In this document: piece by piece, positions 12,158 to 23,800 of the stretch
Layout of the letters: each line of letters begins with the position of its first letter
Position numbering within the stretch: position 1 is the stretch's first letter
Assembly (NCBI RefSeq): GCF_963921235.1
Contig: NC_086097.1
Location: 175,028,001-175,092,000, forward strand
Direction of reading: 5' to 3'
Source of the DNA: Mobula hypostoma
Taxonomy: Eukaryota
DNA length: 64,000 nt
Position numbers and translations under genes: made by a program
Notes under the pieces: generated by a model
What the model was told of the DNA's origin: nothing
Database searches by the model: none
What the model saw: the letters and a program-made list of their open reading frames with translations, nothing else

Positions 12158-13576
12158 GTAAGTAGAACTATTATGCTCCTTTTCCTGGCGGGGAAGCCAG
12201 TGAATAACTCAGAATTAAATAGTTTTGTTACTTATATGTTGAAACATTCAGTGGAATGCATCGTTTTTGTGTCACTGACCAACACGTTCCAAGGATTGTG
12301 ATGGAGGGGGTGGGCGCAGTCTGCCAGTGTTGTATGCTTCTAGCGCCAACATAGCAAGCCTGCAATTTTATTTGGATTATTTCCATTTGTGGATCTTGCC
12401 CACAAACGTCAAATGGGATTGGTGGAATTTAGCCTATTAAATAAAAGAAAGGCTGGGTCTGGAGTACATGCATTGACAAATGCAGAAGTGCTTAACTGAC
12501 TGAATGATATGGTTGGCCTTGCAAAGGATCTTTAACCCCAATGGTTTCAACAGGGATTGCAGAGCTTTGGGAGTAAGGTAACAGGGAGGTCAAATTTGCT
12601 GGATAGTTTCTGGATGGTTCAATCTTTTACATTTTTGCTTATTACTTTTAAATGAAATCTTTTATAATTTTTAATAGTTTCTCACTTTAAATCGCCAGAG
12701 AAATTTGCATTATTGAAAGTCCTCCACATCTTTAACAGGTGGTTAAGCTGGGAGCAGTGTTTTCAAACATGATGAATCTTTATATACTGATTCTGTCCCA
12801 AGGCTGAAGTTGTGTCCTATTTGGGTGCCAAGAGAGATGTGAAGGTTTCAGAAAGGCAGCAGAGGAGGTTTATTTAAACGGCAAATGATAGTTCTATGTG
12901 TAGACTGGAGAAGCTATCCTCTCTTTAGAGCAGTCGGGGTTTTAAGATCTGATTTGAAATATTTAAAATCATGAAGTAAAATTAGGAGGAAAAGATGAAA
13001 AAGACTCCACAGGCTGAATGGCCTTGCTCCATGCTGTGTTTCTAAAAGGTTATTCCTTTTTATTACATTGTACTGCTTCTGCAAAGTTAACAAATTTCAT
13101 GACATATGCCGGTGATGTTGAACTTGATTCTGATTCCCATCAGGAAAGGTTGTGTATGCAAGCCCCTTCCCTCCAAAATTCAAATCTAATTGAGGCCTTC
13201 AATATTATGAAAGAATTTGTTACAGATGTAGACAAGACATTTATAGGAGAGTTGGGAAATAGAGCCTTTAAATACAGTACTTTGCAAAAGTCGTAGGCAC
13301 CCTAGATATATGTCCACTGTATGTGCCTAGGACTTTTGCACAGTTCTGTAGAAGATGGTCATTAATGACTATCATTGGCAATCTGAGTTGAATCCTGTAG
13401 ATGATTCCAAGGTAGGCGAAGTGAGATACAAGAGGAAGAAAGGAAAAGCAGGATGGTCTTACAGATAAATAGGATGGTTGAAGACCTGGGATTAGCATCA
13501 GATTAGGCAGAGACATAAATGCCTCTTCCTGTTTTCTCTAATTTCCATTTGATTTAAACTTGTGTTTTCTTCTCAG

Positions 13577-13632
13577 ATTTTAGAAGCAACTTTCCGGCCA
13601 GAGCAGCTTATCAGGTTGCAGCATTGCCGCGG
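13577..13632 (+). CDS. RIDA: RIDA exon 5
   Basis: ttttcttctcag|AT...CGG|gtgagt; 56 bp encoding (Y)FRSNFPARAAYQVAALPR, including the catalytic Arg of the FPAR motif. Confidence 0.97.
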
Positions 13633-13988
13633 GTGAGTTGTGTGTGTGTGTGCCTCCCAAATTTTGGACTTCCGTATCCCAAGGATGCATGTTTCACTGT
13701 ATGGTTATCCCTTGTCGCCCTTAAATGGGTCCTGAACTTGTGAAGGTATTCCAAGGGTGTAGCTGAGGAGCAGTTTCAAGATTTGGAATAGTGATAGATG
13801 GTGTGTAATTTATAGAGAAATCTGATGATGGTGGTGGTGTCCTGTGTTCTTGGTGGAAGAGATCACTGGTAAGGAAGTTGCTGTTAGAGTAAACAACAGG
13901 AATTCTGCAGATGCTGGAAATTCAAGCAACACACATCAAAGTTGCTGGTGAACGCAGCAGGCCAGGCAGCATCTGTAGGAAGAGGTGC

Positions 13989-14024
13989 AGTCGACGTTTC
14001 AGGCCGAGACCCTTCGTCAGGACT
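13989..14024 (-). ncRNA. Minimal hammerhead ribozyme motif in the 3' pLTR (sense to the element)
   Basis: Reverse complement AGTC-CTGACGA-AGGGTCTCGGCCT-GAAA-CGTC-GACT. Confidence 0.8.
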
Positions 14025-14314
14025 AACTGAAGGAAGAGTGAGTAAGGGATTTGAAAGTGGGAGGGGGAGATCCAAAATGATAGGAGAAGACAGGAGGGGG
14101 AGGGATGGAGCCGAGAGCTGGACAGGTGATTGGCAAAAGGGGATACAAGAGGATCATGGGACAGGAGGTCCGGGAAGAAAGACAAGCGGGGGGGGGGGTC
14201 CAGAGGATGGGCAAAAGGTATATTCAGAGGGACAGAGGGAGAAAAAGGAGAGTGAGAGAAAGAATGTGTGCATAAAAATAAGTAACAGATGGGGTACGAG
14301 GGGGAGGTGGGGCC

Positions 14315-17300
14315 TTAGCGGAAGTTAGAGAAGTCGATGCTCATACCATCAGGTTGGAGGCTACCCAGACGGAATATAAGGTGTTGTTCCTCCAACCTGA
14401 GTGTGGCTTCATCTTTACAGTAGAGGAGGCCGTGGATAGACATGTCAGAATGGGAATGGGATGTGGAATTAAAATGTGTGGCCACTGGGAGATCCTGCTT
14501 TCTCTGGTGGACAGAGCGTAGATGTTCAGCAAAGTGGTCTCCCAGTCTGCGTCGGGTCTTGCCAATATATAAAAGGCCACATCGGGAGCACCAGATGCAG
14601 TATATCACCCCAGTGGACTCACAGGTGAAGTGTTGCCTCACCTGGAAGGACTGTTTGGGGCCCTGAATGGTGATAAGGGAGGAAGTGTAAGGGCATGTGT
14701 AGCACTTGTTTCGCTTACACGGATAAGTGCCAGGAGGGAGATCAGTGGAGAGGGATGGGGGGGACGAATGGACAAGGGAGTTGCGTAGGGAGCGATCCCT
14801 GCGGAATGCAGAGAGGCGGGGGAGGGAAAGATGTGCTTAGTGGTGGGATCCCGTTGGAGGTGGCGGAAGTTACGGAGAATAATATGTTGGACCCGGAGGC
14901 TGGTGGGGTGGTAGGTGAGGACCAGGGGAACCCTATTCCTACTGGGGTGGCGGGAGGATGGAGTGAGAGCAGATGTACGTGAAATGGGGGAGATGCGTTT
15001 AAGAGCAGAGTTGATAGTGGAGGAAAGGAAGCCCCTTTCTTTAAAAAAGGAAGACATCTCCCTCGTCCTAGAATGAAAAGCCTCATCCTGAGAGCAGATG
15101 CGGCAGAGACGGAGGAATTGCGAGAAGGGGATGGCATTTTTGCAAGAGACAGGGTGAGAAGGGGAATAGTCCAGATAGCTGTGAGAGTCAGTAGGCTTAT
15201 AGTAGACATCAGTGGATAAGCTGTCTCCAGAGACAGAGACAGAAAGATCTAGAAAGGGGAGGGAGGTGTCGGAAATGGACCAGGTAAACTTGAGGGCAGG
15301 GTGAAAGTTGGAGGCAAAGTTAATAAAGTCAACGAGTTCTGCATGTGTGCAGGAAGCAGCGCCAATGCAGTCGTCGATGTAGCGAAGGAAAAGTGGGGGA
15401 CAGATACCAGAATAGGCACGGAACATAGATTATTCCACAAACCCAACAAAAAGGCAGGCATAGCTAGGACCCATACGGGTGCCCATAGCTACACCTTTAG
15501 TTTGGAGGAAGTGGGAGGAACCGAAGGAGAAATTATTAAGAGTAAGGACTAATTCCGCTAGACGGAGCAGAGTGGTGGTAGAGGGGAACTGGTTAGGTCT
15601 GGAATTCAAAAAGAAGTGTAGAGCTTTGAGACCTTCCTGATGGGGGATGGAAGTATATAAGGACTGGACATCCATGGTGAAAATAAAGCGGTGGGGGCCA
15701 GGGAACTTAAAATCATCGAAAAGTTTAAGAGCGTGAGAAGTGTCACGAACATAGGTTGGAAGGGATTGAACAAGGGGTGATACAACTGTGTCGAGGTATG
15801 CAGAAACGAGTTCGGTGGGGCAGGAGCAAGCTGAGACAATAGGTCGGCCAGGACAGGCAGGTTTGTGGATCTTGGGTAGGAGGTAGAAACGGGAAGTGCG
15901 GGGTGTGGGAACTATAAGGTTGGTAGCAGTGGATGGGAGATCCCCTGAGCAGATAAAGTCGGTGATGGTGTGGGAGACAATGGCCTGGTGCTCCTTAGTG
16001 GGGTCACGATCGAGGGGTAAATAAGAGGAGGTATCGGTGAGTTGTCGCTGTGCCTCGGCAAGGTAGAGGTCAGTATGCCAGACTACAACAGCACCCCCTT
16101 TATCAGCGGGTTTAATAATAAGGTTAGGATTAATGCGGAGGGAGTGGAGAGCAGAGCGTCCCAAAGGAGTGAGGTTGGAATGGGGACAAGGTGCGGTGAA
16201 GTCTAGATGGTTGATGTCCCGTCGGCAATTAGCGATAAAGAGATCCAGAGCAGGCAGAAGACCAGAGCGGGGTGTCCATGAAGAAGAGGAGGGTTGAAGA
16301 CGGGAGAAGGGGTCATTGGTGGGGGTGGAAGAGTCCTTGCCGAAGAAGTAGGCTCGGTGACGGAGACGGCGGAAGAAGAGTTCCGCATCATGGCGAACAT
16401 GGAACTCGCTGAGGTGTGGGCGAGGGGGGACAAACGTGAGGCCCTTACTGAGAACAGAGCGTTCTGCCTCCGACAGTTGAAGGTCGGAGGGGATGGTAAA
16501 GACCCAGCACGGATGAGAGCTGGGATCAGAGGGGGGAGGGGGGAGGCTGGGGGTGTCAGTGGAGGGGGGAGGGTTAGGGTAAGAGGAAGATGGAGCCTCT
16601 GAGGGCCCAGGAGTTGACGGTGGGATCTGAGGAAGACGGGGCTGCGGAGTGGTGGTGGGGGAAGGGGAGACGGGAGTCACAACAGCAGCACATAAAGACC
16701 CGGCCTGGAGTTCAAGGCTGGAGTCGCAGTTGGTGGTTGTGCAATCACTTTGAATGTCTCCATGGTCGTTGCTGGAGTCCGGGTTTTGAATATGCCCCGA
16801 GGTTTTGGAGCCGGCGAGATCAATGACAAGGGCCGCAATTTGAAGTTCATGCCTGCTAGCGTCGGGGCCAGCAGGCTCTGGAGTCCGTAGATGTAGGATC
16901 TTGAGATCTTTGCCTAACATGACAAAGTCAAAAAAACGACGATTGCAGGCGTGAATCCGACGGAGGATGAAATAATGGGTAGGACCATTACAGACGGCGA
17001 AGAAGGTGTCCCGAAGGTGTGGAAGGGTCTGGGATAGGGACACCAAGTACCTCCTCATGGCGGAGAGAGTCGCCTTCAGAGCTTGACGGGAGAAGCGGCG
17101 AGAGGCAGAGTCAATAAAATGTGAGTACTTGGGATCCTCAGAAGGTCCAAATTGAGAGGCTTGGAAAAGAATCCTAAAGCCAACTGGAGTAAGTTGGCGA
17201 CGGAGGCACGTTCCAAGAAAGGATATATGGCTGTGATAGCGAGTCTGAGTCAAAGTGTGCTCGAAAAGTAGAAGAGCCGAAGAAATTACAGATGGGGAGC

Positions 17301-17364
17301 AGTGAGAGATGGTTTCACTGAACTCCCATCGAAGAGAGGATCTAAACTTCTTCGGTGTAGGCAT
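14315..17364 (-). pseudogene. Penelope-like RT / GIY-YIG endonuclease polyprotein with one nonsense codon and one frameshift
   Basis: IKPADKGGAVVV, LPKIHK...GRPIVS, TMDVQSLYTSIP, GVAMGTRMGPSYA, RYIDD; linker CKRNKCYTC; GVIYCIWC..C..LYIGKT.R.L....EH. In-frame TAA at 15430-15432 and a frameshift near 14815-14822. Start placed at the ATG of MPTPKKF (inferred). Confidence 0.92.
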
Positions 17365-17740
17365 CACCGGAAGAGGCTTCGCAGTAGTGAATTTAAACGC
17401 AAACAACAGGAATTCTGCAGATGCTGGAAATTCAAGCAACATACATCAAAGTCCCCCTGGTACCCCATCTGTTACTTATTTTTATGCACACATTCTTTCT
17501 CTCACTCTCCTTTTTCTCCCTCTGTCCCTCTGAATATACCTCTTGCCCATCCTCTGGGTCCCCCCCCCAACTCCTTGTCTTTCTTCCCGGACCTCCTGTC
17601 CCATGATCCTCTCGTATCCCTTTTGCCTATCACCTGTCCAGCTCTTGGCTCCATCCCTCCCCCTCCTGTCTTCTCCTATCATTTTGGATCTCCCCCTCCC
17701 CCTCCAACTTTCAAATCCCTTACTCACTCTTCCTTCAGTT

Positions 17741-17776
17741 AGTCCTGACGAAGGGTCTCGGCCTGAAACGTCGACT
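17741..17776 (+). ncRNA. Minimal hammerhead ribozyme motif in the inverted pLTR
   Basis: AGTC-CTGACGA-AGGGTCTCGGCCT-GAAA-CGTC-GACT; predicted cleavage after 17772; sense with respect to RIDA pre-mRNA. Confidence 0.8.
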
Positions 17777-18114
17777 GCGCCTCTTCCTACAGATGCTGCC
17801 TGGCCTGCTGTTAGAGTAACTTGGGCAAGTAATTGCAAAACATGTGTAATGCATCTGGTGTTTAGTTTGATGCTAGCTAGCCTGGCAGGTTTCAGTGTAC
17901 TTGTTTTGGCATAATTAGGTAATGTTGGAGTTACTTGTTTGAATTAGGAGTCCAGTGTAGGCCAGTCAGAATAAGAACCATGGATATTATCCAAGTCCAA
18001 GCAGAATGGTCATTGTCATTCTTTTGGAGTGTGCCATTCTTTAGTGGCTTTGGTGAGGTAGATTGTCTTATAGGTTACTCTGTCTCTGTTCTTATTTGTT
18101 CATTCCTTATCTAT

Positions 18115-20755
18115 TAGTGCATAGTACAGTGAGAATACAGTGAGAATGTGTGTGGGATGTGGGAAGTCTGGGAGACCTCCAGTCTCCCAGATAGATACAC
18201 CTGCACCAGGTGCACCGAGCTACAGCTCCTTAGAGAACATATTTAGGAAGTGGAACTGCAGCTTGATGATCTTTGACTCCTACGGGAGGATGAGGAGGTA
18301 ATAGACAGAAGCTACAGGGAGGTAGTTACCCCTAGCTTGCAGGAGACAGGTAACTGGGTGACTGTCTGGAGAAGCAGGGGAAATGCACAGCCAGTGCAGA
18401 GTACACCTGTGGCCATTCCCCTCATGTAACTTTAGAGACTATTGAGGGGAACAACCTACTGGAGGGGGGCACAGTGACCTGGTCTCTGGCACTGAGTCTG
18501 CTGCTGTGGCTCAGAAGAGCAGAGAGTTGAAGAAGACTGTAATGCTGATAGGAGATTCTTTAGTCAGGAAAACAAAGATGAGGTTCCGTGGGTGCGATAG
18601 AGACAACTGGATGGTATATTGCCTCCCTGGTGCCAGGATCAGGAATGTCTCGAATCGTGGCCATGGCATTGTTGAGGGCAAGCGTGAGTAGCCAGAAGTC
18701 TTGGTAGATATTGGCACCAATGACATAGGTTGACAAGGTGAGGAGGTCCTGAAGAGAGATTTCTGGGAGTTAGGTAGAAAGCTGAGAAGCAGGGCCTCCA
18801 GGGTAGTAATCTCTGGATTACTGCCTGTGCCACATGCCATTGAAGGTAAGAATAGGATGATTTGGCAGGTGAATGTGTGGCTGAGGAAATGGTACAGGGG
18901 GCAGGGGTTCAGATTTACAGATCTCTTCTGGGGAAGGGATGGGTGACAGCTGAACCCAAGGGGGTTCAGTATCCTTGCAGGCAGATTGGCTAGAGTTGTT
19001 CGGGTGGGTTTAATCTAATTTGGTGGGGATGGGAACTGGAGTGACATTGTGGAAGATGAGGTAGTTGGTTTACAAACAGAGGCAATGTGTAGTGAGACTC
19101 CTATCAAGAAGAGGCTGATGATAGGGTGAAATTGCAGTCAACAATATTGCAATGTAAAAGTGGACAAAATCGAAAAAGGTGAATACAGGACTAGAGGTCT
19201 TATAATTGAATGCACGCAGTTTAAGTCACGTGGACTAGATGGTTTACACCCTAGGGTTCTGAAAGAGGTGGCCGAAGAGATTGAAAATGATTTTTCAGGA
19301 ACCACTAGGTTCTGGAATGGTTCCGGAAGACTGGAAAATTGCAAATATCACTTCACTCCAAGAAGGGAGAGAGACAGAAGAAAGGAAATTGTAGGCCAGT
19401 TAGTCTGACCTCAGTGGTTGGGAAGATGTTGGAGTCGATTGTTAAGGATGTGATTATGGGGTACTTGGAGGCACATGATAAAATAGGCTGTAGTCAGCAT
19501 GGTTTTCTCAAGGGAAAATCTTGCCTGACAGATCTGTTGGAATAGTTTGAAGAAATAACAAACAGAATAGACAAAAGAGAATCAGTTGATGGTGTGTACT
19601 TAGATGTTCAGAAGGCCTTTGACAAGGTGCCTTTCAGGCTGCTTAACAAGCTATGAGCCCATGATATTGCAGGAAAGATTCTAGCATGGATAAAGCAGTT
19701 CTTGATTGGCAGGAGGGAAAAAGTGGGAATAAAAGGAGCCTTTTCTGGTGGCTGCCGGTGACTAGTGGTGTTCCACAGGGGTCCGTATTGGGACTGATTC
19801 TTCTTATGTTTTGTGTCAATGATTTGGATAATGGAATTAATGGCTTTGTTGCAAAGTTTGCTGACAATACGAAGATAAGTAGAGGGGCAAGTAGTTTTGA
19901 GAAAATAGGGAGGCTACAGGAAGATTTGGACAGTTCAGGAGATTGGCAAAGAAGTGGCAGATAGAATACAGGGTCAGGAAGTGAATGTTTATGTACTTTG
20001 GTAGAAGAAATGAAAGGATTGACTATGATCTAAATGGAGTAAAAATATAAAAAATCTGAGGTGCAAGGGGATTTGGGAGTCCTTGTGCACGGTTTCCCTA
20101 AAGGTTAATTTGCAGGTTGAATCTGTGAAGGCAAATGCGATGTTAGCATTCGTTTCAAGAGGATAAGAATATAAAAGCAAGGATGTAATGTTGGGACTTT
20201 ATAAAGCACTGATGAGGCCTCACTTGGAGTCTTGTGTGGAGATTTGGGCCCTTTACCTTAGAGGGGATGTGTTGAAACTGGAGAGGGTTCAAAGGAGGTT
20301 CATGAAAATGACTCCAGGATTGAACGGCTTGTCATGTGAAGAGCGTTTAGTGGCTCTGGACTTATAGTCACTGGAATTGAGGAGAATGAGAGGGGGTCTA
20401 ATTGAAACCTATCAAATATTGAAAGGCTTTGATGGAGTGGATGTGGAGAGGATGTTTCCTGTGGTGGGAGATTCTAAGACTAGAGAACACAGTCTCGGAA
20501 TAGAGAGGCTTTTAGAACAGAGATGAGAAGGATTTTCTTTAGCTAGAGAGTGGTGAATCTGTGGAATTCTTTGCCTCAGACAGCTGTGGAGGCTAAGTCT
20601 GTATGTATATTTAAGGCAGAGGATGATAGATTCTTGATTGGTCAGGGCATGATGGGATAAAGACCAGAGTGGAAAAATGGATCAGCCATGATGAAATCGC
20701 AGAACAGACTCAATGAGTGAAATGGCTTGATTCTGTTCCTCTATCTTATGGTCTT
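18115..20755 (+). mobile_element. CR1 LINE, degenerate, internally deleted (ORF1 esterase + ORF2 RT)
   Basis: SGNH-type ORF1 remnants IGDSLVR...CLPGARI...IGTND; ORF2 RPVSLTSVVGKMLESI, SQHGFLKGKSCLT, SGVPQGSVLG, KFADNTK; CR1 tail. Confidence 0.9.
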
Positions 20756-20971
20756 GTATCCCTCCCTGAAAGACATCAGTGAATGGGGTGGATTTTTATG
20801 ACAATCCAGATATCAATGAGTAGGAAAATGTCTTTGTCCTGAAATGTCTCAATATAGCTGACTTGCTAAGTATCCCTGCCTTAAATTTTTGGTTTTGATT
20901 TTCCCCTCTGGGTTTGATAAGGTGGGCAGTTTTGTGGAATCCACATAACTAATCACACCTATTGACTAGAC

Positions 20972-22160
20972 CAGCGGTCCCCAACCACCGGGCCCGCAAA
21001 GCATGTGCTACCGGGCCGCGAGGAAACGATATGATTTGGCGATATGAGTCAGCTGCACCTTTCCTCATTCCCTGTCACGGCCACTGTTGAGCCATTACGC
21101 ACGCGTTATCCATGTCAGCGCAGGAAGGAGAAAAACTCCTTAAGCTTTGCAAATGACGGCAGGCTAAAAAGTATGTTTGACATAACATCTCTGCTGGCAT
21201 TCTGGATCAAAGTCAAGGCTAAATATCCTGAGATCGCCACAAAAGCACTGAAAACGTTGCTTCCATTTCCAACATTTTTCTGCGAAGCGGAGTTTTCTGC
21301 AATGAATGCAACGAAAACTAAATTGTGGAATAGACTGGACATAAGGAACCCCGTTCGAGTATCGCTGTCTCCCTTCACCCTTCGATAGGACCGTCTTGTT
21401 GCAGGGAAACAAGCCCAGGGCTCCCACTGATTCAGCGATATTGGTGTGTTGCAATGATTTTATATGTTCATACAGGGAAAATATGTGCTGTGTGTTTAAT
21501 ATCCAAACGTTACTTAAAATGTTATGATGCTATTGATTTATATAATAATTACAGCACGGAAACAGGCGATCTCGGCCCTTCCAGTCCATGCCGAACGCTA
21601 CTCTCACCTAGTCCCACCGACCTGCATTCAGCCCATAACCCTCCATTCCTTTCCTGTCCATACACCTATCCAATTTTTCTTTAAATGATAATATCGAACC
21701 TGCTTCTGCCACTTCTACTGGAAGTTCGTTCAACATTTACTTCAAGCTCTCCTGTCCTCCCCTGGTAATTGACTTATCACTATATTCATGCGAGGAAAAT
21801 ATGTGCTGTGTGTTTAATATTAAATTCGTTAGATGAACCCTTTTAAAAACAAAATTGAGTGTATTAGCCACTTATCACCTATATTCCAATAGTGATTAAC
21901 ACCCCGCCCCACCCCCCGAACAAAATCACCAACAACAATTTGCAGAATTGAAAAATCGACAGGTACACGCATGCGCACTGGTGCCCGCGCAAGGCTTCAT
22001 AGTCATTATAGTCTTTTCTGGGTAAACACAACGTATTTGACTGCTACTCTTGGTCCGTTGGCAACCCTACCGCCACCCCCGCCCCCCCGGGTTGGCCGGT
22101 CCGCAAGAATATTGTTAATATTAAACCGGTCCGCAGTGCAAAAAAGGTTGGGGACCCCTG
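20972..22160 (+). mobile_element. Non-autonomous Charlie/Buster-type hAT element
   Basis: TIRs CAGCGGTCCCCAACC / GGTTGGGGACCCCTG; perfect 8-bp TSD GACTAGAC (20964-20971 / 22161-22168); transposase C-terminal remnant FWIKVKAKYPEIATKALKTLLPFPT..CEAEFSAM..TKTK.WNRLD. Confidence 0.94.
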
Positions 22161-22209
22161 GACTAGACATGTACTTCAGTTGTGTCACTAGGTTTTATCT
22201 TCTTTGCAG

Positions 22210-22284
22210 GGAGGTCGAGTTGAGATTGAAGCTGTGGCTGTTTTGGGACCTGTTGTGAATTGGCCCTTAGACCAGAAATTATAA
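22210..22284 (+). CDS. RIDA: RIDA exon 6 (terminal coding part)
   Basis: ttttatcttctttgcag|GGA...; encodes GGRVEIEAVAVLGPVVNWPLDQKL then TAA (22282-22284). Confidence 0.96.
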   Translation, partial: GGRVEIEAVAVLGPVVNWPLDQKL

Positions 22285-22376
22285 ACCGGGATCAATTCTT
22301 TCGAGAATGTAATACACACAACAAGGGAGGACACAGCTCCTTGATTTTATTGTTGCCTTGTATGGATCAATGGTAT

Positions 22377-22382
22377 AATAAA
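22377..22382 (+). terminator. Candidate RIDA polyadenylation signal
   Basis: AATAAA 92 nt downstream of the stop codon; usage not demonstrable from DNA alone. Confidence 0.5.
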
Positions 22383-22761
22383 AAGCAAGAATTCAAATCA
22401 CTACAATCATTTTGAGCATCGATGCCATTTTACACATTGTCTTATTTTTCAGAGGCTAATGATTCTTCTAACCTGTGGTTGAAGTGAGGTGAGGCAGCTT
22501 GGTTGTAGTGTCCTCATCCACAATTCTGTGTTCGCTCATCTCTGAGGGAGCTGTGGGACTTTTGAATGGAACCAAATCCATGTCCCACCTGGGGAGAGCT
22601 AAGGGTTTCTCTGGACCGTGTCTGAAAACTTGCTCTAGGTGTTCCAACATTCCTTGCCTGCCTACTCAGAGCTAACATATTTCATGTCTGGGTTCAAGTG
22701 ACTTTATGAGTGTGTTCTTGACCATGTAATTCAGCATGGCTCCTTTGACCCTCACCAATTT

Positions 22762-23250
22762 TTATCGATGCACCATAGAAAGTGTCCTATAGCACCTGCT
22801 CTGCCTGAGACCACGAGAAAACTGAAGAGAGTTGTGAACACAGCACATCATGGAAAAAAGCCTCCTCTCCATGTCTATACTTCTCACTGCCTCAGTAAAG
22901 ACCCCATCCACCCTGGATGTTCTCTCTCCTCCTTCCCATTGGGTAGAAGATGCTACAACCTGAAAAATACGCAAGACCAACCTCAAGGACAGTTCCTATC
23001 CTACTGTTACAAGACTGCTTACCAGTCTCCTTGTACAATAAGGATGGACTCCTGACTTCACAATCCATTTTCTGACCTTGCGCTTTATTGCCTGCCTGCA
23101 ATGCACTTTCTCTGTAACAGTATTCTGCATTCTTATTGTTTTCCTTTGTACTGCCTTAATGCACTGATGTAATGAAACAATTTGTGTGGAAGGCATGCAA
23201 AACCAAGTTTTCCACTGTACTTTGGTACATGAGACAATATCAATTTACCA
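22762..23250 (+). mobile_element. Rex1/Babar-type LINE 3' fragment
   Basis: accaatttttatcgatgcaccatagaaag, aagaccccatccaccctgg, ctcaaggacagttcctatcc and tail ttttccactgtactttggtacatgagacaata; the same tail recurs at ~32.7, 43.3 and 52.7 kb. Confidence 0.65.
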
Positions 23251-23800
23251 ATTTATTGCAACTAAAATAAATATAAAAGCACTGAAAAGGTCATGCAGAA
23301 TTTGTAGAAAGAGTAGCAGTTAATATTTGAGGTCCCAGGTACCTTATCAGAACCAAAGCATTTGCTCAGGTCCAGGACCTAAAGCATAAAGTGTTTTTCT
23401 TCCTATAGATGCTGCCTGACCTACTTAGTGTTCATAGAATTTTCTGATTTAATTTCCGATTTCCTGCATTAGTAGTTTTTAATTTTTTTGACTTGGTTGT
23501 GGTTGAGTGAACTACTTGGTATCAGATTATATTTGATTTTGCCACAAACAGGTGAAGAATGTTTAAACCCAGAAAACTGAACTGAATACAATTTCCAGCC
23601 ATCTCTATCCACCAGAAAGCAGGGTTAAAGCATAGAGAAATTAAGTTTGCAGATGCTGGAATCTAGAGCAACTGGTTTTAAAGATTCACACAACAAAATC
23701 AGAAAGGCAATGGGAAGCAAAGGTAACCTGGAGGGGAAAAAATATAAATAAAGTGTATTCCCCCTTGGAAGTTTTCTTGTTTTATTGTTTTACAACACCC

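Larger units (their letters stand above)
13893..17805 (-). mobile_element. Near full-length Penelope-like retroelement (Neptune-type)
   Basis: 14-bp TSD TGCTGTTAGAGTAA (13879-13892 / 17806-17819); 3' pLTR ~13893-14340; 52-bp direct copy of the pLTR tail at 17401-17452 and inverted pLTR at 17453-17805 at the 5' end; RT + GIY-YIG coding region. Confidence 0.95.

Noticed and set aside
13639..13652. (GT)n tract after the RIDA exon 5 donor
   Set aside because: Short ordinary microsatellite with no evidence of function
18506..18840. SGNH/GDSL esterase-like ORFs (also 35186-35581) as host lipase genes
   Set aside because: They are CR1 ORF1 esterase remnants directly upstream of CR1 ORF2, with stop codons
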